Shown one piece after another: positions 30,930 through 39,787 of a stretch of DNA of 64,000 nt. Source of the stretch: Myxococcales bacterium (GTDB taxonomy: Bacteria > Myxococcota_A > Polyangia > Polyangiales > DASUME01). The position numbers and the translations under genes are program-made. The notes under the pieces were generated by a model. The model saw only the letters and a list, made by a program, of their open reading frames with translations, had not been told where the DNA came from and made no database searches. The stretch is from contig JASGJH010000001.1 in the NCBI GenBank assembly GCA_047601445.1, positions 608,001-672,000 of the forward strand, read 5' to 3'. How positions within the stretch are numbered: the stretch's first letter is position 1; each line of letters opens with the position of its first letter.

Positions 30930-31658
30930 GTGGCCAACTTGATCGCAGAAGTGGGTGCCCGAGGGGCCGAATCGAACGAGCACGCGGTGGCGGTGCGCTC
31001 GATGTTCGACCGTATTTCGCCCACCTATGACCTGCTCAACCGCCTGCTCTCCGCGGGCATCGATCGCCGCTGGCGCCAGCGCGCCCTGACCCTGCTCGCG
31101 GAGCGCCTCCCGGCCGGTCCGCTGCTCGACTCCTGCGCGGGCACCCTGGATCTGGCGCAGGCCATGGAAGCCCATTTCCCTGGCCGCCCCATGCTGGCCG
31201 CCGACTTCGCGCGCGAGATGCTGGTGCGGGGCCGCAGCAAGTTGTCCCCACGCGTCCCGGTGACCGTGGGCGACGCCATGCGCCTGCCCGTGCAGAGCGG
31301 CGTGCTCGCGGGCATGACCTGCGCCTTCGGCATGCGAAACCTCTCGGAGCCGCGTGCCGGCATCGCCGAGGCCTACCGGGTGCTCAAGCCCGGCGGCGTC
31401 TTCGTCGTGCTGGAGTTCTATCGGCCTTCGACCCTGGTGATGAAGCTTTTCCACGCGGTGTACGCGCGCTTCGTCCTGCCCACGGTGGGCTTCATGGTGT
31501 CGCGAGATCGCGAGGCCTACGCCTATTTGGCCCGCTCGATGAAGGGCTTCTACTCCCGCGAGGAGTTCGAGGCGCTCGGTCGTGACGTCGGCTTCTCCGA
31601 GGTCTCCGGCGAAGAGCTCACGCTCGGCATCGCCTCGCTCGTACGGATGGTGAAGTGA
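30930..31658 (+). CDS. menG: Demethylmenaquinone methyltransferase (UbiE/MenG)
   Basis: VRSMFDRISPTYDLLNRLLSAGID, LDSCAGTLD, AFGMRN, RVLKPGG; heads the futalosine cluster. Confidence 0.9.
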   Translation: MANLIAEVGARGAESNEHAVAVRSMFDRISPTYDLLNRLLSAGIDRRWRQRALTLLAERLPAGPLLDSCAGTLDLAQAMEAHFPGRPMLAADFAREMLVRGRSKLSPRVPVTVGDAMRLPVQSGVLAGMTCAFGMRNLSEPRAGIAEAYRVLKPGGVFVVLEFYRPSTLVMKLFHAVYARFVLPTVGFMVSRDREAYAYLARSMKGFYSREEFEALGRDVGFSEVSGEELTLGIASLVRMVK

Positions 31659-32333
31659 CCCAGGCGGACCCACGCAGCAGTGCGTCCTCGGCCCCACGTC
31701 GCGTCGTGGTGGGCATCAGCGGCGCGTCCGGAGCGCCCTATGCCAAGCGCCTGCTCGAGGTGCTGCACGCCGAGACCCTGAGGGGGGGCGTTGCGGTGAG
31801 CGTGGTGCTCTCGAACACGGCCGAGGAGGTCTGGTCCCACGAGTGCGAGGGCAGCGTGAGAGATCTCGGGCCTACCCGTGTACGGCGGCCGCGACTACGG
31901 CGCGCCCTTCGCGAGCGGCTCCTCGGCGCCCGACGCCATGGTGATCATCCCGGCCTCCATGTCCACCGTCGCCCGTGTGGCCCAGGGCATCAGCGACAAC
32001 CTGCTGACCCGCGCCGCCGACGTGATGCTCAAGGAACGCCGCAAGCTGATCCTGGTGCCGCGCGAGACGCCGTACTCCGAAATTCATCTGAAAAACATGC
32101 TGGAACTGACCCGCGCCGGCGCGGTGATCATGCCCGCTTCGCCCTCTTTCTACGGGCGGCCCAACGGCGTCGTGCAGCTGCTCGACACCGTGATCGGGCG
32201 GGTCTGCGACCATCTGGGCCTCGACAACCGGCTTACGCGGCGTTGGGGCAGTGACGTGAACCTAGCCAGCTCGCGCGGTCCCGCGCGCGGGGTCGAAGCG
32301 GGCGGGTCCGCCCGCGAGCCAAACCAGGAGTGA
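31655..32333 (+). CDS. ubiX: Flavin prenyltransferase UbiX (apparent +1 frameshift near 31871)
   Basis: N-terminus VVVGISGASGAPYA in one frame; APFASGS, NLLTRAADVMLKERRKLILVPRETP and PASPSFY in another. Confidence 0.88.
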
Positions 32334-32340
32334 AGCGAGC

Positions 32341-33495
32341 ATGAATCGGCTCGATCGAATCGAAGAGAAGGTGAAGGCGGGCGAGCGTCTCGATGCCGAG
32401 GACGGCATGGAGCTGTTCATGTCCAAAGACCTCCTGCGCGTGGGCCAGCTGGCGAACCACGTGCGCGAGCGCCTGCACGGAGATCGCACGTTCTTCAACG
32501 TGAACATGCGCTTCGAGGCCACCAATGTGTGCGAGGCGAGCTGTCGCTTCTGCGCCTTCCAGAAGCTCGAAGAGGGCATGCCGGGAGCGCATACCACCAC
32601 GCACGAGAAGGCCTGGGCGGAGCTGCGGGACTTCCCCGATCCCAAGCTGACCGAGCTCCACATGGTGAACGGGCTCAACCCGAACCTTTCTTTCGAGTGG
32701 TTCGAGGAGCTGCTCGCGGGCTGGAAGCGGGTGCGTCCCGGCATCCACCTCAAGTGCTTTACGGGCGTGGAGATCCACTACTTCGCCGAGAAGTTCAAGA
32801 TGAGTTACCGCGAGGTGCTCGAGCGTCTGCGCAACGCGGGCCTGGACAGCATGCCCGGGGGCGGCGCCGAGATCCTCGACCCCGACGTGCGCCGCCGGAT
32901 CGCCCAAGGAAAGTGCACCGGGGAGCAGTACTTGGAGGTCCACCGCGTGGCCCATGGCCTGGGCATCCGCACCAACACCACCATGCTCTACGGGCACATC
33001 GAGACCTTCGAGCACCGCGTGGATCACCTGCTTCAGCTGCGCGCCCTGCAGGACGAGACCAGCGGCTTCCAGTGCTTCATCCCGCTGGCCTTCCACAACG
33101 AGAACAACGGACTCGAGCGCCTGCCCGAGCCCACGGCCTTCGACGACCTCAAGACCCTGGCCGTGAGCCGTCTTCTCCTCGACAACATCTCGCACGTCAA
33201 GGCCTACTGGGTCTCGATGGGGCTCGACGTGGCGCAGCTGGCGCTGCGCTTCGGGGCCGACGATCTCGATGGCACCATCGTGCACGAGACCATCTATCAC
33301 TCGGCGGGATCCGACGTGCCCATGGGCATGACGCGCGCCGATTTGATCCGCTTGATCCGTGAGGCGGGCAGGGTGCCCGTGGAGCGCGACACCCTCTACG
33401 GCGTGGTCGAGGAACACCCGGCCACCGAGGCCCCGGAGGCCGCCCTCAAGCTCAAGGAACGCAACAAGCGGCGCCTCGCGCTGGCGAGCATGTGA
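32341..33495 (+). CDS. mqnE: Aminofutalosine synthase MqnE (CofH-like radical SAM)
   Basis: TNVCEASCRFCAF, PGGGAEI, TMLYGHIET, FIPLAFH, HVKAYW, GADDLDGT; neighbours mqnA. Confidence 0.85.
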   Translation: MNRLDRIEEKVKAGERLDAEDGMELFMSKDLLRVGQLANHVRERLHGDRTFFNVNMRFEATNVCEASCRFCAFQKLEEGMPGAHTTTHEKAWAELRDFPDPKLTELHMVNGLNPNLSFEWFEELLAGWKRVRPGIHLKCFTGVEIHYFAEKFKMSYREVLERLRNAGLDSMPGGGAEILDPDVRRRIAQGKCTGEQYLEVHRVAHGLGIRTNTTMLYGHIETFEHRVDHLLQLRALQDETSGFQCFIPLAFHNENNGLERLPEPTAFDDLKTLAVSRLLLDNISHVKAYWVSMGLDVAQLALRFGADDLDGTIVHETIYHSAGSDVPMGMTRADLIRLIREAGRVPVERDTLYGVVEEHPATEAPEAALKLKERNKRRLALASM

Positions 33496-33496
33496 C

Positions 33497-34324
33497 ATGC
33501 AGGAAGCCTTCGAGATCGCCCACGAGAGCTTGAGTGAGCCGCGCATTCAGGGCGTGGCCTACTTGAACGCGTGGCCGGTGCTCTACGGGCTGATGCTCGG
33601 CAAAGAGCCCGAGCGACTGCGCATGGCCTTGCCCTCGGTACTCGCCCAACGACTGCTCAAACGCGAAGTCGACGTCGCGCTGGCGCCCGTGGCCACGCTG
33701 TTCTTGCGGCCGGGCTTCGAGCTCGTACCGGGCATTTGCCTGGGCGCCGACGGCGAGGTGCTCACGGTCTTGATCGTGGGCGAGCGCCCGCTCGAGGAGA
33801 TGGACAAGCTCCTGCTCGATACGTCGAGCGGTACCAGCGTGATCCTCGCGCAGCTGGTGGCGGGGCACGTACGTAGAGGACGCTCGATCGAGATCGAGCC
33901 CGCCGACCCGGCGCGCATCGCGCGCGAGGCACGCGGCGGTACCGGGGCGGTGTTGATCGGCGACCCGGCCTTCGCGGCACGCCATGCTTTCCCGTACTTT
34001 CTCGATCTCGGCGCGGCCTGGAAGGCGTGGACGGGCCTGCCCTTCGTGTTCGCGGCCTGGATTGCGCAGGCGGGGGTGCTCGACGAGGGCGTGATCGGCA
34101 TGCTCGAGCACTCGGTGACCTTCGGCCTCGGCGCGCGTCGCGACATCGCGCATTTGTGGGCCGCCCAGCACGGCGGTGAGCCGGCGTTCTACGAGCGCTA
34201 CCTGACGGCGCACATGCAGTATCGGCTCGAGCCGCACTTCGAAGCTGGCTTGTCGGAGTTCTTGCAGCGAGCCCAGCGGGCCGGCCTCGCACCCGAAGCC
34301 AGCCTGCGTTTCGCGGGGCGGTGA
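33497..34324 (+). CDS. mqnA: Chorismate dehydratase MqnA
   Basis: VAYLNAWP, SSGTSV, LIGDPA, DLGAAWKAWTGLPFVFAAW. Confidence 0.88.
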   Translation: MQEAFEIAHESLSEPRIQGVAYLNAWPVLYGLMLGKEPERLRMALPSVLAQRLLKREVDVALAPVATLFLRPGFELVPGICLGADGEVLTVLIVGERPLEEMDKLLLDTSSGTSVILAQLVAGHVRRGRSIEIEPADPARIAREARGGTGAVLIGDPAFAARHAFPYFLDLGAAWKAWTGLPFVFAAWIAQAGVLDEGVIGMLEHSVTFGLGARRDIAHLWAAQHGGEPAFYERYLTAHMQYRLEPHFEAGLSEFLQRAQRAGLAPEASLRFAGR

Positions 34325-35595
34325 CGCGCATGGCATTGCGTGGCTTCGAGGCGCCCTGGCTGATCACCGGCAAGCCCGGCGAGGCGCCGCTCGCCGAAGG
34401 CGCTGTGGTGTTCGACGAAGTCGGTCGCGTGCTCGCGGTGGCGCCGGCTCAGGCGCTGCGCGTTCTGTACGCTGGGCTCTCCTTCGAGCGCATCGAGGGC
34501 ATTTTGCTGCCGGGCCTGGTGAACGCGCACGTGCACCTGGAGCTTTCGGCGTTGCGCGGACAGACGCGCAGCGGCGGCGGCTTTGGGCCCTGGGTCGAGA
34601 GCATGATGACCAAGCGCGGGGAGCTCTTGCCGGAGCAGGACCTCGAGGCCATCGACGCTGCCGTCGCGGAGCTGTTGGCTGCGGGTACCGTGGCGGTGGG
34701 TGAGGTCACGAACACCCTGGCGAGCCTAGAGTCGCTGCGCACGGCGCCCCTGTTCGGGCGGATCTTTCACGAGGTCTTCGGTATGCGTCGCGAGACGGCC
34801 CAGGTGATGCGTGGCATGGCCGAGCAGAACCACGCGCGACAGCCCGCATTCCCGGCGCACCTCAGCTATTGCCTGGCGCCCCACACGCTGTACTCCCTGC
34901 ACCCCCAGAGCGTGCAGGAGTTGGTGGTGAGCGCGCGTGAACTCGGTCAGCGCACGAGCCTCCATCTCTCGGAGCACGCCGCGGAACGCGCCTTCTTGCG
35001 CGACGGCAGCGGCCCCTTCGCCGCGTTCTTGAAGGCCCGCAAGGTCGACCCCGCCGATTGGGATCCACCCGGCGTGTCGCCGATTGCCTACGCGGACCAG
35101 CTCGGGGTGCTCGGGCCCGAGGTCATCGCGGTGCACTTGTGCGCCACCGAGCGGCGCGAGCTCGAGCAGGTTGCCCAACGCGGCGCGCCGGCGGTGCTTT
35201 GTCCGCGCTCGAACCTGTTCATCGAGCTCAAGCTGCCGCCGCTGTACGACATTCTCGATGTGGGCTTGCGTCCCGGCCTCGGCACCGATTCGCTGGCGTC
35301 CAACACCACCCTCGACGTGCTCGCGGAGGCGGCCGCTCTGAGCGACCGCTTTCCAAGCGTGGACAAGGGCCTGCTCGTGAGCATGGCGACCTGGTATGGC
35401 GCCGAAGCGCTCGGCCTGAGTCACCGCGTGGGCGCGCTGGCTCCAGGGCTCGCGCCGGGACTGCTCGCGGTGGAGCTTGCGAATCCGGTGGCCGATCCGT
35501 TGCCTCCCATCCTACGTTCACCTCCGCCCAAGCGGCGCGTCCTCATGCGACCTGCTCTGCCCGGCGCGGCGAGTCACCTCGGAGAAGCCCCATGA
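34321..35595 (+). CDS. Amidohydrolase, probable aminofutalosine deaminase
   Basis: PGLVNAHVHLE, APHTLYS, HLSE, CPRSN, LGTDSLASN; function inferred from position in the mqn cluster. Confidence 0.78.
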   Translation: MTRMALRGFEAPWLITGKPGEAPLAEGAVVFDEVGRVLAVAPAQALRVLYAGLSFERIEGILLPGLVNAHVHLELSALRGQTRSGGGFGPWVESMMTKRGELLPEQDLEAIDAAVAELLAAGTVAVGEVTNTLASLESLRTAPLFGRIFHEVFGMRRETAQVMRGMAEQNHARQPAFPAHLSYCLAPHTLYSLHPQSVQELVVSARELGQRTSLHLSEHAAERAFLRDGSGPFAAFLKARKVDPADWDPPGVSPIAYADQLGVLGPEVIAVHLCATERRELEQVAQRGAPAVLCPRSNLFIELKLPPLYDILDVGLRPGLGTDSLASNTTLDVLAEAAALSDRFPSVDKGLLVSMATWYGAEALGLSHRVGALAPGLAPGLLAVELANPVADPLPPILRSPPPKRRVLMRPALPGAASHLGEAP

Positions 35596-36467
35596 GCCTC
35601 GAAGCCAGCAGCCAAACCCTGCGTCACGTCGGGTCCCTGGTGAAGTTCAGCCACACGGTGTTCGCGCTGCCGTTCGCGCTCTCGGCGGTGGTGCTCGCGC
35701 TACCGTTCGCAGAGGTCACCTGGTTCAAGGTCGGCATCATCGTGCTCTGCATCGCCGCGGCGCGGACAGCTGCGATGGCGTTCAATCGTCTGGTCGACCG
35801 CGACATCGACGGCCTCAACCCACGCACCAAGGATCGTGAAATTCCGCGCGGCGTGCTCAGCGTGGGCTTCGTGCGCATGCTGGTCCTGGTGTCGTGCCTG
35901 GTCTTCGTGGCCGGCGCCGCGCTGCTCGGCCGTTTGCCGTTGTTGCTCAGCCCGCTCGCGCTCGGTCTCGCCCTCGGTTACTCGTACGTCAAGCGCTTCT
36001 CGAGCCTCTGTCACCTGGTGTTGGGCGCGGCCATCGCGTTCGCGCCCGGCGGTGCTTGGATCGGCCTGGGTGCGCCCGTGACCTTGGCCCCCTGGCTCCT
36101 GGTGCTGGCGGTGGCGACTTGGGTCGGCGGTTTCGACGTACTCTATTCGCTGCAAGACGAGGGCTTCGATCGAGGCGCGGGCCTGCACTCGATCCCTGCG
36201 CGCTTCGGCACCCTGGGCGCGCTCTGGATCAGCGGCGTATTGCACGTGCTGACGGTGGCTTGCCTGGCCGGAGTCGGGCTCTCGCTCGGGCGGGGCGTCG
36301 GGTACTTCGCCGGGGTGCTGCTCGTGACGGGCATCCTGGCCTACGAGCATTCTCTGGTGAAGCCGAACGATCTCAGCAAGATCGACAAGGCCTTCTTCGA
36401 CCTCAACGGCTATGTGAGCGTCGGATTCTTTCTCTGCGTGCTGGCTGATCACATGCTGGGCGCGTGA
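35592..36467 (+). CDS. mqnP: UbiA-like polyprenyltransferase (MqnP)
   Basis: KFSHTVFALPFA, AMAFNRLVDRDID.NPRT, GFDVLYSLQD, AFFDLNG. Confidence 0.88.
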   Translation: MSLEASSQTLRHVGSLVKFSHTVFALPFALSAVVLALPFAEVTWFKVGIIVLCIAAARTAAMAFNRLVDRDIDGLNPRTKDREIPRGVLSVGFVRMLVLVSCLVFVAGAALLGRLPLLLSPLALGLALGYSYVKRFSSLCHLVLGAAIAFAPGGAWIGLGAPVTLAPWLLVLAVATWVGGFDVLYSLQDEGFDRGAGLHSIPARFGTLGALWISGVLHVLTVACLAGVGLSLGRGVGYFAGVLLVTGILAYEHSLVKPNDLSKIDKAFFDLNGYVSVGFFLCVLADHMLGA

Positions 36468-38471
36468 GCGACCGAGAACACCCCACCATCGCCGCCGCCA
36501 AAGCACGCGAGCGAGGGGAAGCGCGCGACGTCTTGCGCGCCCGCGGCGTGGTGCATACGCCGATGGAGCTCGCTCGTTTCGGACTGCGTCGCATCGACGC
36601 TCATCTGAGGCTGGACTTCGGGCTGTCCGCCGGGCTGGCCGACCCGAGCGTGCTGCTGATCGACCCGGCAGTGGGCACCGGGGTATGGCTGGCGGCTGCC
36701 CTCGAGTTTTCCACGGCTGGCGCCGGGCGCCGGGCGATGTGGGGATTCGACGTGGACGCGGTGGCTCTCGAGACCACCCGGCGCTTGCTCGAGCAGGAGC
36801 TCGACCAGCGTCGCGTAGAGCTCACGCTGAGCTGTGAAAACACGCTGGCCATCGCGGATCCCTGGCCACGCGGAGCCCATGGGGTTCGGGTCATCGTGGG
36901 GAACCCGCCATGGGGGGCGCGCTCGGCGAGTCGTGGCACGGAGCTGAGTGATCGTTGGCTCGCGGACTTTCGACGCGAACCCGACGGGACCTCACTCGCC
37001 GAGCGCCGGGTGGGGGTGCTGTCCGACGACTACGTGCGCTTCTTCCGCTGGTCGCTCGAGCAGGCGCGTACGGCACCAGCAGGGGCCGTATTGTGTTTGG
37101 CCACCAACGGTTCGTTCCTGGATGGTCCGGTGCACCGCGGCATGCGCGCCGCGCTGCGCGAGGCTTTCGATGTCATCGAGGTGCTCGATCTAGGGGGCAA
37201 TGCGCTGCTCGCGCGGGGGCGCGAGCGCGACGAGAACGTGTTCGGCGTGCGAGTCGGCGCAGCGCTGACCTTGGCGCTGAGGCGTCCCAGCCCGCGCTCC
37301 GACCGCGCTCGCGTGTATCTGGCTCGCCTGACGGGCACGCGCGAGCAGAAGCTCTCGGCGCTGGCGGAGGCGAGCTTGGAGGAGCTCTCGGCGCTCGAAC
37401 CCAGCGCTCCGTGGTCGCGCGGTGCGACGCCTCGGACTCCGAGCGACGGGCCCGAAACTGTCTCGCTCGCCGAGGCGTTTCCTTTTCACCGCGAGGGCGT
37501 GCAGACCAATCGCGACGACATTGCGTTGGCCTCGAGCCGCGAATCGCTCTGGCATCGCATGCAGGAGATCGCCGAGGGCCGCTTTCCGCTGGTTCCGAGC
37601 GCCCATTTCGATCCGCGGCGAGCACGCGAAGCCGTCCGCACCGCGCTCGAAGCGGGACCCGAGGGCGCATCGATCAGGCAACTCGCCTATCGTCCCCTCG
37701 ACACGCGCTTCGTATGCGCTGTGGCGCCGCTTTGCCATCGACCGCGTCCGGAGCTCTTGGCCGCCGTGGCGCAATCGCAGCTCTGTCTGCTCTCGTCGCG
37801 CAAGGATCGCGGGAGCTTGCCGTTCATGCTGTTCGCGGCCGTGCACGACGCGGCCGATGCCTGTTTCCTTTCCACGCGCTCGTCCTGCCGTACACGCGTG
37901 TTTCCGAGCCATGGACCCGACGGATCAGAGAACCTCTCGCCGGCGCTGCTCGAGATCTTCGCGCGGCTCGGGGTGAACCTCAGTGCGGAGCAATTCATCC
38001 TGTACTCGCTCGGTGCCCTGAGCTCTCACCTGTATCGCGAGCAGCAGGGGGAGCGCTTGAAAATGGACTATCCGCGGGTGCCGATCCCGCGCGAAGCGGC
38101 CGCCGTGCAGGCGCTCGTGCGGGCAGGCCGCATTGCGCGCGACGCGCTCTGCTCGCCGCTCGAGAGCCTCGCTGTGCGAAAAGTCAGCATGGCCTCAGCG
38201 GAAGATCACGAGGAGAGCGTGATCGAACTGCGACAGGCGTGTTTCTCACGCGACGACGAAATGCTCCGCTTCGCCGAAGGTCCACGATTTTGCGGCGTTT
38301 CTGCAGCGATCTGGGACTCCTCGGTGGGACACACGCCGTGGCGACGACTGGGACCACAGCGTGCGAAGGCGCGAGATCTTGGGTGTTTTGTGGCGTGCCG
38401 AGTCGTGGCTCGCCGCAGCCTGCGCTGCGGACGCGGCGTTTCTCGCGCATTTCTCGCGATCACGCGCGTGA
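36464..38471 (+). CDS. N6-adenine DNA methyltransferase with a Type ISP/IIG-like C-terminal specificity domain; no N-terminal nuclease or helicase
   Basis: RGVVHTP, motif I IDPAVGTG, motif IV VIVGNPPW, DDYVRFFR, TNGSFLDG...GMR, ENVFGVRVG, GVQTNRD, YRPLD, MDYPRVP. End is inferred: as assembled the frame reads through into the kinase to 39634; an alternative frame stops at 38471. Confidence 0.8.
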
Positions 38472-38527
38472 CGCGCGCAAAACATTGGGCGTTGACCCGG
38501 CGGCGGTGGTCTTTCAACCTAGGCTTC

Positions 38528-39634
38528 GTGCGTTCGAATGGACCACATTTCGGTGCGGAATTTCGGGCGGGCAACGCCAAGTATTTTCCGCGCGCCAAGC
38601 TCGCCTGTGGCGGCATGGCCGAGGTTTGGCGTGGCGAAGCGCAGCTCGAAGGGGGCCGCGTCGTGCCCGTGGCCTTCAAGCGCGTACTCACCGATCTCGC
38701 AGACAGTCCGCTCTATCGTCAGCTGCTCGAAGACGAAGGGCGCCTCGGCATGCTGCTCTCGCATCCCAACATCGTGCGCGTCTACGACGCCTGCGAGTTG
38801 AATGGCTCCTTCGTGCTGGTGATGGAGCTCGTGGAGGGCTGCACGCTGCGCGAGGTCTTGCGGCATCTGCACTCAGTGGGCGGTCGCATCCCGCTGTCGG
38901 CGGTGTTGCGCATCGGGCGCGCGCTCGCCTCGGCGCTGTCCGCCTCGCACGAGGCCGTCGACGAGTTCGGGCGCGATCTCTCCATCGTGCATTGCGACGT
39001 GTCACCCCAGAACGTGCTCATCGCAGAGGACGGCACGGTGAAGTTGATGGACTTCGGGCTCGCCGTGTCCACTGCGAACCGCTCCGATCTCGACCGCCTC
39101 GCCATCGGCGGCAAGCCCGGCTACCTCGCCCCCGAGGTGGTGTTGTGGCGCGAGATCTCGCCCGCCCTCGATCTGTTCGCGCTAGGCGTGGTGCTCTGGG
39201 AGTGCCTGACGGGACAACGCCTCTTTCAGGGCAAGGACGAAGAGGAGACCAGCCGACGCATCGTGCGTTGCGATGTCCCCCCGGTGAGCCAGCTGGTGCC
39301 CGCGCTACCCCGGGAGTTCGACGAGCTGTTCGCCGTGCTGCTGGCTCGGGAGCCGGAGCGCCGCCACGCCAGCGCCCGCGACTTGAGCGCCGAGCTCGAA
39401 TACCTGTCGGTTCGGTTCGGTCGCCAGGGCGGTCAGCTCCTCGGGCGCGCAGAGCTTCGAGAACTCGTGGCGTCGGCTCTGATGGCCAGCGCCGGCGTTC
39501 CGAGGCGTCACAGTGAGGTGCGCGAGGCCGTCAAAGGTGGGGCCGCCCAGGGCCTCGAACCACCCGCCTTCGAGCACGAGCCGGACAGCGCGCTCACCCG
39601 CCCGCACGGGGTTCCCCGTCCGGTACGACGGTAA
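38528..39634 (+). CDS. Hanks-type Ser/Thr protein kinase (in frame with the upstream methyltransferase as assembled)
   Basis: GGMAEVW, VAFKR, HPNIVRV, HCDVSPQNVL, DFG, GYLAPE, DLFALG; possible independent start at GTG 38528. Confidence 0.88.
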   Translation: MRSNGPHFGAEFRAGNAKYFPRAKLACGGMAEVWRGEAQLEGGRVVPVAFKRVLTDLADSPLYRQLLEDEGRLGMLLSHPNIVRVYDACELNGSFVLVMELVEGCTLREVLRHLHSVGGRIPLSAVLRIGRALASALSASHEAVDEFGRDLSIVHCDVSPQNVLIAEDGTVKLMDFGLAVSTANRSDLDRLAIGGKPGYLAPEVVLWREISPALDLFALGVVLWECLTGQRLFQGKDEEETSRRIVRCDVPPVSQLVPALPREFDELFAVLLAREPERRHASARDLSAELEYLSVRFGRQGGQLLGRAELRELVASALMASAGVPRRHSEVREAVKGGAAQGLEPPAFEHEPDSALTRPHGVPRPVRR

Positions 39635-39787
39635 GCGGGGATTGCCGAGCCGCAGCCATTGACGCGCGTAAGGGAAGGGCGTATCTCCGGCCCGCCCTCG
39701 GGGTGTGTGGCACGCTCCACGGGTGTGCCGACCTACCAGGGCGGTTGTTTCGAGAGCGCACATCCATAGCCAATTGAGGAAGCCAGC

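Noticed and set aside
36955..39516. 853-aa overlapping ORF and other long alternative-frame or antisense ORFs (e.g. 24-1349, 40031-41833, 47113-48939, 49165-50904)
   Set aside because: Arg/Ala-rich shadow frames expected in high-GC DNA; each overlaps a well-supported gene and shows no motifs.
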